Assembly: GCA_003604985.1 (NCBI GenBank)
Contig: QZIW01000066.1
Span: forward strand, 6,948 to 70,947
Direction of reading: 5' to 3'
Length of the DNA: 64,000 nt
Origin: Ammonifex sp.
GTDB taxonomy: Bacteria; Bacillota; Desulfotomaculia; Desulfotomaculales; Ammonificaceae
Shown here: in pieces, positions 15,652 to 24,536 of the stretch
How positions within the stretch are numbered: the stretch's first letter is position 1
How the letters are laid out: each line of letters begins with the position of its first letter
Position numbers and translations under genes: made by a program
Notes under the pieces: generated by a model
Told to the model about the DNA's origin: nothing
Databases searched by the model: none
The model's input: the letters and a program-made list of their open reading frames with translations, nothing else

Positions 15652-15982
15652 CGGCTTCTCCTGGTTTTCCAACCCCCAACCCGCCTCCTTTTACCGCCAA
15701 AGCCCACAACGCCTGTTTGGTCTGCATTTTCAGCCCCCGGTGGAACGTGACAACAGAATACCCACCTTCTACTTCCGGTACGATGACCGCCCAAATGCCC
15801 GGTTTCACTTCGACATGGCCAGCTCCGGTTTTGTCAACCTCCATGCCCTGCCGCAGGGCCTCCTGGAGGTGGCGCCGAACCCTTCTGGCCAAATGCTTAC
15901 CGGTGGTGTTCCCGACGTAGTCCAGCCAGCGGGCCAGGGCGTGCGATGAAACAATTACGCGGGTTGCTGCTCGTTTGCTCAT
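15599..15982 (-). CDS. hypothetical phage protein
   Basis: 127-aa ORF. The 3' end overlaps the next gene, so the real stop or the neighbour's start is uncertain. Confidence 0.45.
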   Translation of the reverse strand: MSKRAATRVIVSSHALARWLDYVGNTTGKHLARRVRRHLQEALRQGMEVDKTGAGHVEVKPGIWAVIVPEVEGGYSVVTFHRGLKMQTKQALWALAVKGGGLGVGKPGEADGAALPDLHEAAGVAGA

Positions 15983-16026
15983 TGCATAGTGATACCTCCT
16001 TGTCGCCTGGAGTTTAGATGTTCGCC

Positions 16027-16329
16027 TTAGCCGACTGCTCTAATCACGTCGTCGACCGACCGGGCCAGGACGTGCTTCAGGTGCGGGCCGGTGTGGGGCA
16101 GCATGTCGTCGCGGAATTTGCGCTGTTCTCTGCTCAGGTCCGTACCCTCCGTTTTGACCTCGATCCAGAGGGTGCAGTCGTTCTTTACGGCCGTCAGGTC
16201 CGGGATGCCTTTGTAGCTGCCCAGGCCCTGCCGATTGTGCCAGACCATCCAGCCGGTAAGGGTCAGGTAATCGCTGATCGCCTTCTGGAGCTGGGCGTGC
16301 GTGGGCTTATATTCTGTTGCCTGGACCAT
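16027..16329 (-). CDS. VRR-NUC domain nuclease
   Basis: From ATG 16329. ...GIPDLTAV...LWIEVKTEG...EQRKF is a PD-(D/E)xK pattern of VRR-NUC type. Confidence 0.7.
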   Translation of the reverse strand: MVQATEYKPTHAQLQKAISDYLTLTGWMVWHNRQGLGSYKGIPDLTAVKNDCTLWIEVKTEGTDLSREQRKFRDDMLPHTGPHLKHVLARSVDDVIRAVG

Positions 16330-16999
16330 CGGCGGGCGGGCCTCCTTTCGCGGCAAGGGCTTGGTTCGCACGCTCTACCCAATCGGTAACAACGGCGCGT
16401 ATTTTGCTTTCCCAGTCAGGGTCACCGTCGCGGAGAGTTTTAACATAAATGTCCATAACCCGCTGAAATACGCTCTTGCCGTCTTCCAGCACGTCCTCCA
16501 GCCGCCGCACGTACTCCAAGTGGGCGCGGGCGGCAGTGCCGGAGAGCGCATTTTCGATAACCTTACGATAAACAGAGTCGGAGGAGTGCGTGCTGTAAAC
16601 CAAGTCAAGACAACTTTCAAGCGCACCTCTCATCGCCCCCGCCTCAGCGCGGCACTCGGCGAGTTGGGCTTTAAACTCTTTCGCATACCTGATAAATTCT
16701 TCAAAAGTTACCTTTTCGCTGGTCATTGCTCCTTTTAATGCTTCTTTAATCACCGCAAAATCAGCAGATAGATTTGCATTTTCAGTTCCCAGCCGCTTGA
16801 CCTCGGCCTGTGCCTCCTGCGCCCGCTGAATCCAATGCCGCCAGCCTTCGCGGGCTTCCAAAATATAACGTGTAGCCGTTGGACTAACTGACTTTGCGAT
16901 TACGTTCATATCGCTGTCAATGATGTTGTCGTCGAAGTCTTCCCACAGGAAAGGAATCTTCTCTAACAACTCTAAGTCTTTCCTAGCGTCACGTTCCAT
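16307..16999 (-). CDS. hypothetical coiled-coil protein
   Basis: 230-aa ORF. Visibly more AT-rich than its neighbours. Confidence 0.55.
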   Translation of the reverse strand: MERDARKDLELLEKIPFLWEDFDDNIIDSDMNVIAKSVSPTATRYILEAREGWRHWIQRAQEAQAEVKRLGTENANLSADFAVIKEALKGAMTSEKVTFEEFIRYAKEFKAQLAECRAEAGAMRGALESCLDLVYSTHSSDSVYRKVIENALSGTAARAHLEYVRRLEDVLEDGKSVFQRVMDIYVKTLRDGDPDWESKIRAVVTDWVERANQALAAKGGPPADGPGNRI

Positions 17000-17012
17000 C
17001 GTTGTCGACCTC

Positions 17013-17294
17013 CTAAATTATCCGGTTCCGACGCCTGGACTCCTGGGCCATGCGTCGCCGGTTCTTTTTGGTCCTCGCCCGCGCCCGCTTCTTCCGGGCC
17101 AGCTTGCGCTGCTGGGCCGCCCACTTTGACAGCTTACCGCCGCTGGTCAGACTAACCTGGGCGCTGTCCTTGCCGGCGAGTTTAAACCTGGCCGCGTATG
17201 CCAGTTCGAAAGGCACTTGGACAAAACCCGCCCGGGCCAGCTCCTCCTCGTTCTCCTTGGTGATCCGTCTTAGCTCTCCGGTGTCGATGTTCAA
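17013..17294 (-). CDS. hypothetical protein with basic tail
   Basis: 93-aa ORF. C-terminus KKRARARTKKNRRR. Confidence 0.45.
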   Translation of the reverse strand: MNIDTGELRRITKENEEELARAGFVQVPFELAYAARFKLAGKDSAQVSLTSGGKLSKWAAQQRKLARKKRARARTKKNRRRMAQESRRRNRII

Positions 17295-17309
17295 TTAGAC
17301 TCCTCCTCC

Positions 17310-17987
17310 TTAATCCGCCCTAAGTCGGCGTTTTAATGCTTCCTCCAAAGAGGGTCCGCTAATCGAGCCTTGATCGCCAGGCCCGTACCTAATAGTCAGC
17401 TTATCCGCCCTCCTCCGGCCCACCGGCAGCCACCCCGGCAGGACATTAACCAGGTAGTCGAGCGCCAGGCGAAGCTCGGGAAACCACTTCGTCTGGTGAT
17501 ACTGCAGCCAATAGCTGGCCTGGTTCGCCGTGCCCCACAGGACAACGATCTTGCCCTGCCGGTACGCCTCGCGGATTTCCATCGACGTGCCGATGCAGGC
17601 CGCGTCCCGGGTGTCCATTTCCACCAGGATGATGTCGGCCATCTTAACGTCCATAAGGTCGGCGGAGATCACGTCCTGCGGGCAGTAAACGTCCCCTTCT
17701 TTTTGCCCGCGCAACGGGTTTAGCACCCGGTAGCCCCGCTTGACCAGTAGCGCCGTAGCCTGCAGCCGCCACTCGTTGGCGTCAGCGAAAGTGCGGCCTT
17801 GGATGGAGCCCGCCAGGTAGACGGTGATGGGGCCGTCGTAAAACAGGCACTTGCCGTTTTGCCACTGGTTCTCAGGTCGGGGAAACAGGAGGCATCCTTC
17901 TCCGGCGGGCGGGAAAGCGCACTTGCTGCAGCCTTCGCAGGGGTCTTGGAGACTGTGGAATTTAGTGAACAACTGTAAATCAGCCAC
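17310..17987 (-). CDS. nucleoside 2-deoxyribosyltransferase-like protein with N-terminal Cys cluster
   Basis: 225 aa. VYLAGSIQG...ADIILVEMD...GTSMEIREAYRQGKIVVLWG matches the NDT/Rcl fold pattern. N-terminal CEGCSKC...C. Confidence 0.6.
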   Translation of the reverse strand: MADLQLFTKFHSLQDPCEGCSKCAFPPAGEGCLLFPRPENQWQNGKCLFYDGPITVYLAGSIQGRTFADANEWRLQATALLVKRGYRVLNPLRGQKEGDVYCPQDVISADLMDVKMADIILVEMDTRDAACIGTSMEIREAYRQGKIVVLWGTANQASYWLQYHQTKWFPELRLALDYLVNVLPGWLPVGRRRADKLTIRYGPGDQGSISGPSLEEALKRRLRAD

Positions 17988-18891
17988 TTAATTTCCCTCC
18001 TCCGTCGACCGGCCAGGGCACCTCATCCCAGATCCTGCCGTCGAGCAGGCGGCCTGTACGCTCAGAACCAGGTATCAAACGGTCACACACAAAATCGGCA
18101 GCGCCTTTGAACGCGCCCCAAGACTTAAAAAAGAAGGGCGTTCCGCTTGCCTGGCACTGGTCCCGTAGGCTCCGCACCCAATCAGGGTGGCAGGGACGGG
18201 CACCGGGGCCAGTTTCGGAGCCGCAGATAATCCAACTGATGGCGTTGGTTCCATCGGGATTGCAACGGGGTCCCGAAGGTTCGCCGTAGCGGTCGTAAAC
18301 CGAAAGATACGGTTCAAGGTCTATTGACCCCAATAGAGGTTCACACGAAACAAATCTCACCGCCGCCGGTATCTGAAGTAGTATCGGTATCCGCTTGTCA
18401 GCCATCTCTTGGTTTTCGGCGGTGACACCGAGGAATACATGCTTGTATTCACGCGGCCAGGCATTGAAGCCAACCCAATCGGAGTACCACCGGATAAACT
18501 CTGCCATCCGATGAGGCCGTTTCGTCAGAACCAAAAAGGCATGTCGCTTACAGTGGTGCATGTGTCCGAAAGCTTTGCGGATAAACTCAAGCGGCACGTC
18601 CTCATGGAAAAGGTCGTTCCATACCGCCCAAACGATAGACTTTCTTGTCCGCAGCGGAAGGTCTAAGTTCTGCTCCAACAGCCGGATATGCCCGTTCCAT
18701 TGGCCCCTCGTATTCGTCAGTCCGCCGTACCGCGCAAACATTTTCAGGTTCGCTTGGCCCGCCCGCATGTGTGCCTGAGAAGCCGCCCAACAGTTAGCGC
18801 AGCCTTCAGATACCGGTGTGCAACCTTCAACCAGTGACCAGGCCCGCTGCCAGTACATGCCCTTTTCCAGCCGTTTAGGCGAAACGTACAA
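17980..18891 (-). CDS. phage Gp37/Gp68 family protein (DUF5131)
   Basis: 303 aa. WSLVEGCTPVSEGCANCWA at the N-terminus and ...WIICGSETGPGARP..., typical of DUF5131. Confidence 0.75.
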   Translation of the reverse strand: MYVSPKRLEKGMYWQRAWSLVEGCTPVSEGCANCWAASQAHMRAGQANLKMFARYGGLTNTRGQWNGHIRLLEQNLDLPLRTRKSIVWAVWNDLFHEDVPLEFIRKAFGHMHHCKRHAFLVLTKRPHRMAEFIRWYSDWVGFNAWPREYKHVFLGVTAENQEMADKRIPILLQIPAAVRFVSCEPLLGSIDLEPYLSVYDRYGEPSGPRCNPDGTNAISWIICGSETGPGARPCHPDWVRSLRDQCQASGTPFFFKSWGAFKGAADFVCDRLIPGSERTGRLLDGRIWDEVPWPVDGGGKLSG

Positions 18892-18907
18892 GGCCAGCCC
18901 TCCTTTC

Positions 18908-19282
18908 TCAAAATCCTATTTTTTCGAGTACAGCGTCGTGCTCCTTAACCAACTGGTCAGCATACTCGAACGCCTGCTTCCGCTCGTTGCCCTTAAACCG
19001 CCGGCTGTGAAGGACGGGGTAATGGGTGCGGTCCCCGCCCGGTATGTCCGGTATAAGCCGCAGCCCGACGTAAAACTCAACCCGCGTGGTGAAGTGTTCT
19101 CGCCCGAGATAAACCACCTTGCGGAACTTAGTGTTTTTAATTACCTCCAACTGCGCCTTGGCCGCCGCCGCGTAGCTGATAATGGCCCGTATGTCCTGGT
19201 CGGCAAGTTCCAGCTGTATTCGGACGCTTCCGGCGTCGTAGTCGCGTTTCAGGTCTTCCAATGCTTTCTGGTTGTAATTCAC
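18908..19282 (-). CDS. hypothetical phage protein
   Basis: 124-aa ORF packed between the Dam and DUF5131 genes. Confidence 0.5.
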   Translation of the reverse strand: MNYNQKALEDLKRDYDAGSVRIQLELADQDIRAIISYAAAAKAQLEVIKNTKFRKVVYLGREHFTTRVEFYVGLRLIPDIPGGDRTHYPVLHSRRFKGNERKQAFEYADQLVKEHDAVLEKIGF

Positions 19283-19284
19283 GA

Positions 19285-20145
19285 TTAGCCCTCCTTGTTA
19301 AAAATCGTTACCTGCTCCACGGTCAAGGTCGCCGCGGCCACCGGGTTGATCCATAGTGTCTCGGTGCGCCGCCGGCCTCCCTCCGCTAAGGCCCTGGTGG
19401 TTTTGCGTTTCCAATGGCTTAGCCGGTCCTGGTATAACTGGCAGTCATAGCCCGATATGAGGACCGGGCCGGGGTGCTGGTCCAGGGCGTCCAAAAGCTC
19501 CGCGTGCTGCTCGTCGGTCATTTCGTGGGCGTATTGCGCCTTTTCTCTTCGGGTGGCCAGTAAATACGGCGGGTCCGCGTAGATCAGGACGCACGGGTGC
19601 TTATATCGTTCAATCAGTTGCATTGCGGGCTGGTTCTCTATTTGCGCCTGTTTAAGCCTTTCCGCTACGGCGAGGATCCGGACCGGCAAGCTGTTCCATA
19701 TCTTCGCGCAACTGGTCCCTTGCCTTCCCTGGATGTCGTTTCTCCAGCCCGTGCGGTGGCATAGCTTTGTGCCGCGGGCCATCCAGCAGCGAACCAGGAA
19801 CCGGCGGGCGTCCTCGAGAGCTTCGCCCGTTCGTTCGTAGCTTTCGTAATACTCTGCCCTCGCCCACGGTGTCTTTTCAATTAGGGCTGCCATGCCCTTT
19901 GGTCTTTCCCTAATAACCCGGAAGAGGTTGACGACGTCGCCGTTAATATCGTTAATAGTCTCGGTATGCGACGGGGGTTTAACGAAAAAGACCGCGCCGC
20001 TTCCAAAAAAGGGCTCAAGATAGGTTGAATGTGGCGGGAAATGTTTAACAATCCAACGCGCTATATTCCACTTCGAGCCCGGGTACCTTAAAACTGGCTT
20101 AAGCTCTGCCGGTCTCACGAACAACCGCCCCTTCCTCGGCCTCAT
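19285..20145 (-). CDS. DNA adenine methyltransferase (D12/Dam class)
   Basis: 286 aa. LRYPGSKW, LEPFFGSGAVFF and YADPPYL motifs. Confidence 0.85.
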   Translation of the reverse strand: MRPRKGRLFVRPAELKPVLRYPGSKWNIARWIVKHFPPHSTYLEPFFGSGAVFFVKPPSHTETINDINGDVVNLFRVIRERPKGMAALIEKTPWARAEYYESYERTGEALEDARRFLVRCWMARGTKLCHRTGWRNDIQGRQGTSCAKIWNSLPVRILAVAERLKQAQIENQPAMQLIERYKHPCVLIYADPPYLLATRREKAQYAHEMTDEQHAELLDALDQHPGPVLISGYDCQLYQDRLSHWKRKTTRALAEGGRRRTETLWINPVAAATLTVEQVTIFNKEG

Positions 20146-20419
20146 ACTGCAGCCCGCCCACCACGTCGGCGATCATCGTAGCGACGTTGTTTACGTCGGC
20201 CGCCTCCTCCGCGATGGCTTCCGGCGACTTCCACAGGATAGCTTCGTATAGCTCGGCTACTTCTTCCATCAGCTTGCGGAACAGGACGATGGCTGGAGTG
20301 CCCTGGTAGCTCTTGTGGTCGTTCGCCCTGAGTTTGATCTCCATTTTCCTGGCGATCGCCTGGACTACCGGGCGCGGCTCGATCGGCGCGGTCAGCGGGA
20401 CCGGCACGGCGTTTTTCAT
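20099..20419 (-). CDS. MazG-like nucleotide pyrophosphohydrolase (probable)
   Basis: 106 aa. LMEEVAELYEAI...AEEAADVNNVATMIADV is an EExxE/ExxxD helix pair. Confidence 0.5.
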   Translation of the reverse strand: MKNAVPVPLTAPIEPRPVVQAIARKMEIKLRANDHKSYQGTPAIVLFRKLMEEVAELYEAILWKSPEAIAEEAADVNNVATMIADVVGGLQYEAEEGAVVRETGRA

Positions 20420-20640
20420 TCCCTCACCTCCTGGCGTTTTGTCTTGGAAATGGCCTCCTTCAACCTTGCGATGCTGGTTTGTGCGTCGGCCTCGTTAGTG
20501 ACTTCCTTATCAAGGCATTTCACCCAGACATGCACGGTTATTGCTGCTTGGTAACCGTGTTCCTCAGAGAGTTTTACCAGTTCGGCAGCAGTTTCAGGCT
20601 TAATTCGTGGAGTACACTGGAACGGTGCCAGGGCGTCCAT
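20416..20640 (-). CDS. hypothetical phage protein
   Basis: 74-aa ORF with ATGA-type coupling to its neighbour. Confidence 0.45.
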   Translation of the reverse strand: MDALAPFQCTPRIKPETAAELVKLSEEHGYQAAITVHVWVKCLDKEVTNEADAQTSIARLKEAISKTKRQEVRE

Positions 20641-20886
20641 CTAAAAATCACCTACTATCTTCATGTGCTCGATTTGCTCTTGGGATGGCTGCGGGAATCC
20701 ATTGCACCGGGCGTCTTCAAAACCAGCAAGCGCCTTTTCAGCGTTATTAATCGCTGTCCGTTCCGTTGAGCCTAAACCGGCATCAACCGACGGGTCAGGA
20801 TATTTGTCTCGGTATGCTTCGCCGGCGGTTTTGACGTCTGCACGTAAATCCAACCACTTTTCAAAGACTTTAGGTGGCATTGCCAT
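20641..20886 (-). CDS. hypothetical phage protein
   Basis: 81-aa ORF in the same tightly packed block. Confidence 0.45.
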   Translation of the reverse strand: MAMPPKVFEKWLDLRADVKTAGEAYRDKYPDPSVDAGLGSTERTAINNAEKALAGFEDARCNGFPQPSQEQIEHMKIVGDF

Positions 20887-21412
20887 AACTGCAACTCACC
20901 TCCTGGCAGAACAAAATCGGCTCGGGTACTCGCCTGGCATACAGCGGGTGCCTGGGGTGGCCGTCCTTGGTCAGCCCGACACAGTACAGGGGCTTGCGGA
21001 TTTCCTGGATCAACTGAATAACCTGCTTGTCCCTGCCCTTAAACGCGCCCCTGGTCCCCCAGGCGGCTACAACCCACTGGCAGCCCATTGCCGCCCGGAC
21101 TATGTGCTTATCGTTTTCCGGGCCCACCGGGTCCGCAGCCCTCAGTAGTTCTCTTGGATCGGTCGCCCGGTAGGCGAAAAGGTTAACGACCTCGATGCCG
21201 CCGCAGCCCCAGGCTTTAGCCAGGCTGATACATCGTCGGATGGTGGGATCGTCCTGCCGGGCGTCCGCCGTACTGGGGTTAAGCATGATGAAGCAGGCGC
21301 GGTCCATTATGTCCGGCAGTTGGAGCAGGGTGAGGTACTGGCGGGTTCTCCATTCGCGGATTAGTGAGTAACGATATTTACCTGTTTCGTCGATCTCCGC
21401 AGAGGATTTCAT
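20870..21412 (-). CDS. DUF1643-family protein (UDG-like fold superfamily)
   Basis: ATG 21412. ...YRYSLIREW...CFIMLNPSTADA...DDPTIRRC...HPRHPLY matches DUF1643. The track ORF upstream of 21412 overlaps the loader gene. Confidence 0.7.
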   Translation of the reverse strand: MKSSAEIDETGKYRYSLIREWRTRQYLTLLQLPDIMDRACFIMLNPSTADARQDDPTIRRCISLAKAWGCGGIEVVNLFAYRATDPRELLRAADPVGPENDKHIVRAAMGCQWVVAAWGTRGAFKGRDKQVIQLIQEIRKPLYCVGLTKDGHPRHPLYARRVPEPILFCQEVSCSYGNAT

Positions 21413-21416
21413 ACCC

Positions 21417-22103
21417 CTACCCCCTGTGCAGCCGGTAGTTGCTCTCCGGCTGCTCGATAATACTGATGTGCCCGCGTGCCCTTTCCAGGATGCGGGAGCC
21501 GGTAGCCTGGTCGACCGCCAAAATCTCCTCCGGCGTCCGCTCGCTGGAGATAATCGTCGGCAGGCCATGCAGATAGCGATAGTTCACGATCAGGAAAATG
21601 GTCTCCATCACCCACGGGATAGGCGCTTCTCGCCCTTTCAGGAAGTCGTCCCAGAGCAGCAGATCCGCCTTCTTGATCTCCTCCGTCCGGGCGTGGGTGC
21701 CGGCGCTGGTTTTCAGCGCCGCCAGCAATTCCTCCATTACCTCGACGTGCGGAATATAGGCCACCGTGAGCCCGGTCTTCAAGGCCCGGTTAGCCACCGC
21801 CATGCATAGGTGGGTCTTGCCTGATCCGGGGACGCCCAGGAGGACCAGCCAATTGTTTTCGCCCAGGTCGCCCTCCTCCAACTGCCGGACATAGTGCCGG
21901 GCGCTCGACCACATGGAGCGTACTTCCGGCGTCGAGCTGTCCGGGTGAAAGTTCTCGAAGGTCTTAGCCCGGAAGGACTCGGTTATCCGGCTCGCCTTTA
22001 GCTGCCGTTCGAGCAGGCGCTGCCGCATACACTCGCAGGGCCTGGCCGTTTTGTGGTCCAGGAGGATCAGCCCGCGGTCGTGGCAGATGTTGCACTCAGG
22101 CAT
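21417..22103 (-). CDS. DnaC/DnaI-like replicative helicase loader (IstB-type ATPase)
   Basis: ATG 22103 overlaps the Rep-O-like stop (GATGCCTGA). N-terminal CNICHD...CEC zinc motif. Walker A GVPGSGKTH. Walker B LLLWDD. Confidence 0.85.
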   Translation of the reverse strand: MPECNICHDRGLILLDHKTARPCECMRQRLLERQLKASRITESFRAKTFENFHPDSSTPEVRSMWSSARHYVRQLEEGDLGENNWLVLLGVPGSGKTHLCMAVANRALKTGLTVAYIPHVEVMEELLAALKTSAGTHARTEEIKKADLLLWDDFLKGREAPIPWVMETIFLIVNYRYLHGLPTIISSERTPEEILAVDQATGSRILERARGHISIIEQPESNYRLHRG

Positions 22104-23181
22104 CGGCGTCGCCGGCGTAGACGAATTTGCTCCTGTCGATCGACGCCGGTAGTTTTCCAGGTCTGGTTGCACCTGTTCCATTGTTTCCTCGCGCTCCTTC
22201 CATATCTCGTTTGAGCCCGCGAATGATCCCGTGCGTGTATTCCTCCCGCCTGTTCGGGTACTTTTCGATGTGTAGTTTCATGGCCTGAATAACCAGTTCG
22301 GGCGGGAAGGTTGACCATTTGTCCATCCACGCCTGGACGACCGACATAGCCAGCCGGTTGCCCTTTCTGGTCCGGCGGATCATGGTCCAGTACCGCTTGA
22401 TGGCCTCCTGTTGCTGTGGTGAATAGCGTTCGTGCAGTTCTTCGAGAGAGGGAGGGCCCTCTTTGTCGTCGTCGTGAGCGGTCTCTTTAGAGAGTTTGTT
22501 TAAATCTTTATTTCTTATAATGAGTGGGTCGGTTTGTGGTATCTGGTGAGAGTCCATAAAGTCGCCGTTTGTGGTATCTGGTGAGCTACCAGAAACGTCC
22601 TGACCGTTTTGTGGTATCTGGTGAGCTACCAGTAATGGTGTTTGTGGTCGCTGACCAGCTACCAAAAGAGGGTCTTGCGGTATCTGGTGAGCTACCGAAT
22701 CGGCGGACTCTTTTTGGTCCGTAGGCACTTGCCCTGCTTGTGGTCGCTCGTCAGCTACCACTACGTTGGTTTGTGGTCGCTCGTCAGCTACCGCAAACAG
22801 GTTGCATTTGTGCCCAACGGTCTGCCAGCGGTCGGCGTATTTCTGATACCGGTAGGCTGCCGGACGCCTGCCCTCGCTCGGGCGGGTGACCAGAATTCCC
22901 ATGTCGACCAGCGCCTGTAGGCCCCGGATAACCGTGGACTTGGCCATGCCAGTGATGTCGGCAAACTCCTGGGTGCCGATATGCGCCCACTGCTTCTTGA
23001 TCGGCCGGCCGTCGCCGTCGCGCAGGGCGCTGCCGTCTATGTCGCGTTCGCAGTCGCCCCATGTCTTTCGGAGAACGACAAAAACGAGTTGGTACTGGGG
23101 GCCGCTGAGGCAAGCCTTGGCCAGGTCTTCGAGCACCAAGTTGGCGATCTGCGTATAGCCGTTTTCCAACTGCGGCCCCAT
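22096..23181 (-). CDS. replication initiator / replisome organiser (lambda O-like N-terminal domain)
   Basis: ATG 23181 behind TAGGAGGA. MGPQLENGYTQIANLVLEDLAKACLSGPQYQLVFVVLRKTWG. The central repetitive peptide (HQIPQ / ADERPQ) is encoded by the iterons. Confidence 0.8.
   Translation of the reverse strand: MGPQLENGYTQIANLVLEDLAKACLSGPQYQLVFVVLRKTWGDCERDIDGSALRDGDGRPIKKQWAHIGTQEFADITGMAKSTVIRGLQALVDMGILVTRPSEGRRPAAYRYQKYADRWQTVGHKCNLFAVADERPQTNVVVADERPQAGQVPTDQKESADSVAHQIPQDPLLVAGQRPQTPLLVAHQIPQNGQDVSGSSPDTTNGDFMDSHQIPQTDPLIIRNKDLNKLSKETAHDDDKEGPPSLEELHERYSPQQQEAIKRYWTMIRRTRKGNRLAMSVVQAWMDKWSTFPPELVIQAMKLHIEKYPNRREEYTHGIIRGLKRDMEGARGNNGTGATRPGKLPASIDRSKFVYAGDADA
22532..22792. repeat. phage replication origin: seven roughly 24-bp iterons inside the initiator gene
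   Basis: GTTTGTGGTATCTGGTGAGCTACC-type copies at 22532, 22567, 22606 and 22672. GTTTGTGGTCGCT(C/G)(G/A)(T/C)CAGCTACC-type copies at 22640, 22736 and 22769. An AT-rich stretch at 22490-22530 adjoins them. Confidence 0.8.
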
Positions 23182-23191
23182 CAATATCCTC

Positions 23192-23638
23192 CTAAGAGAT
23201 TTTTTGCTGCAACTCTCCGATCGGCGGCGGGTCGCCGTATTCAAATAGGCGGCATCGTATAACCTTGGTCAAAATCATTGTGGTGGGCCTGCCCGCCTCC
23301 AGCGCCCTCGGAACGTCGGCCACGGGCGCTGTCCGCTCGGTGTACTCAACCAAGCTTGACTTGTCGCCCTTGGCTATCCAGTCGCACAGCAGCGCGGTTG
23401 CGCGGCTGCAATAGAAGCAGGCGGACATGCTGCCGTCGAGTTTAAGGGGCACCTTCGCCGGGTGCGGAGGCTCGTACTTAATATCCAACCGGCTCGCCAT
23501 GGAGCGCGCTTGGCTGACCGTCCGGTTGAACCCGGCCCGCTTGAGCGCCTTGCAAGTTGCCTGGGGGCCGTGCTGCTTATAGTACCGGGCAAGGATTTGC
23601 TTCTCTTGGTCCTGCCACGCTTGGCCCAACTTCATCAC
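23192..23638 (-). CDS. hypothetical phage protein
   Basis: 148-aa ORF upstream of the initiator gene. Confidence 0.5.
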   Translation of the reverse strand: MMKLGQAWQDQEKQILARYYKQHGPQATCKALKRAGFNRTVSQARSMASRLDIKYEPPHPAKVPLKLDGSMSACFYCSRATALLCDWIAKGDKSSLVEYTERTAPVADVPRALEAGRPTTMILTKVIRCRLFEYGDPPPIGELQQKIS

Positions 23639-24081
23639 CTCGCAAACACGTGGTTGCCGATCCGCACGGTTATCGGCCGCGTCCTGATCCAGCGATCGGT
23701 AGCCGTCCGCGGGTTGTAGAAGAAAAGCGCACCCCGTGACGGGTCTACGCCTTCGAGCGCCAGAAACGCAGCCCAGAGACTGTCTGGACTTGGGCGGATG
23801 CCGTGCCGGTTGGCGAACTGAGGGGAAGGCATCCGCTGGTCGACCACAGCCGGGACGGTGGAGGGCCAGCGTGGGTCCTTAGTCCGGTTGACCACGACGG
23901 CCCCCACCGCTACCTTGCCCGCCAGCGGTTCGAGTGCGGCCTCAACCTCGATCAGCGCGGCCAGTTCAACCAGGCCGGGCTTGTATAGAGGGGAGGCGTG
24001 GGCGGGTGACGTAAAAAAATTGAGCATTGCCGCCAGAACCAATAAGAATCCGAGGCTTTCCCTCAACTCGCCACCTCCCAA
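23635..24081 (-). CDS. SleB-type cell wall hydrolase with signal peptide
   Basis: 148 aa. Hydrophobic N-terminus LGFLLVLAAMLNFFTSPAHA. ...AVGAVVVNRTKDPRWPSTVPAVVDQ...QF... matches the Hydrolase_2 pattern. Confidence 0.7.
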   Translation of the reverse strand: MGGGELRESLGFLLVLAAMLNFFTSPAHASPLYKPGLVELAALIEVEAALEPLAGKVAVGAVVVNRTKDPRWPSTVPAVVDQRMPSPQFANRHGIRPSPDSLWAAFLALEGVDPSRGALFFYNPRTATDRWIRTRPITVRIGNHVFAR

Positions 24082-24536
24082 GGCGCCTGCCAGTCCCAGA
24101 GGCCCTGAGCGCCCCTGGCCGGTATGGCCGGTTCAAAATGTTGAGGGTCGATGAAATCCCAGGCGAACCGGCCGGGCCGGTAGTCTCCGAAAGACCGCTC
24201 GGGCTCGCCGGGAAGCTGGCGGACCACGAAATAACCGCAGGTCCGGTTGTCGGCCGCTTCGACCATGCCGCCGGGTGTAATGCGGAATATGGTCTGCAGT
24301 TTCGCCTGGCCCACAATACAGCCCAACGGCAGGTCGCAGCCGATAATCCCGGCTTTTCTAAGCACTGAGAGGAAGGGCTCCTGCCGGCATAACTCCCGCG
24401 CCCAGGCCGGGAAGTTTTTGGCGGCGTGGATTGCCACGGGCCCACGGTAGTTCGTCGCCCAAGACCGGGTTTCCGGGCCTTTGAGGTTGAGCGCCAGCAA
24501 AGTGGCGTATGGCTGGTAAAGCGTTAGGGCCTTCAT
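24063..24536 (-). CDS. ASCH domain protein
   Basis: ATG 24536 with ATGA coupling. MKALTLYQPYATLLA...KGPETRSW... is a typical ASCH N-terminus. Confidence 0.65.
   Translation of the reverse strand: MKALTLYQPYATLLALNLKGPETRSWATNYRGPVAIHAAKNFPAWARELCRQEPFLSVLRKAGIIGCDLPLGCIVGQAKLQTIFRITPGGMVEAADNRTCGYFVVRQLPGEPERSFGDYRPGRFAWDFIDPQHFEPAIPARGAQGLWDWQAPWEVAS

Noticed and set aside
22532-22792. Regularly spaced direct repeats considered as a possible CRISPR array
   Set aside because: There are two repeat subtypes with irregular 12-45 bp spacing. They are in-frame inside a Rep-O-like gene next to an AT-rich segment and a helicase loader, and no cas genes are present. The repeats are origin iterons.
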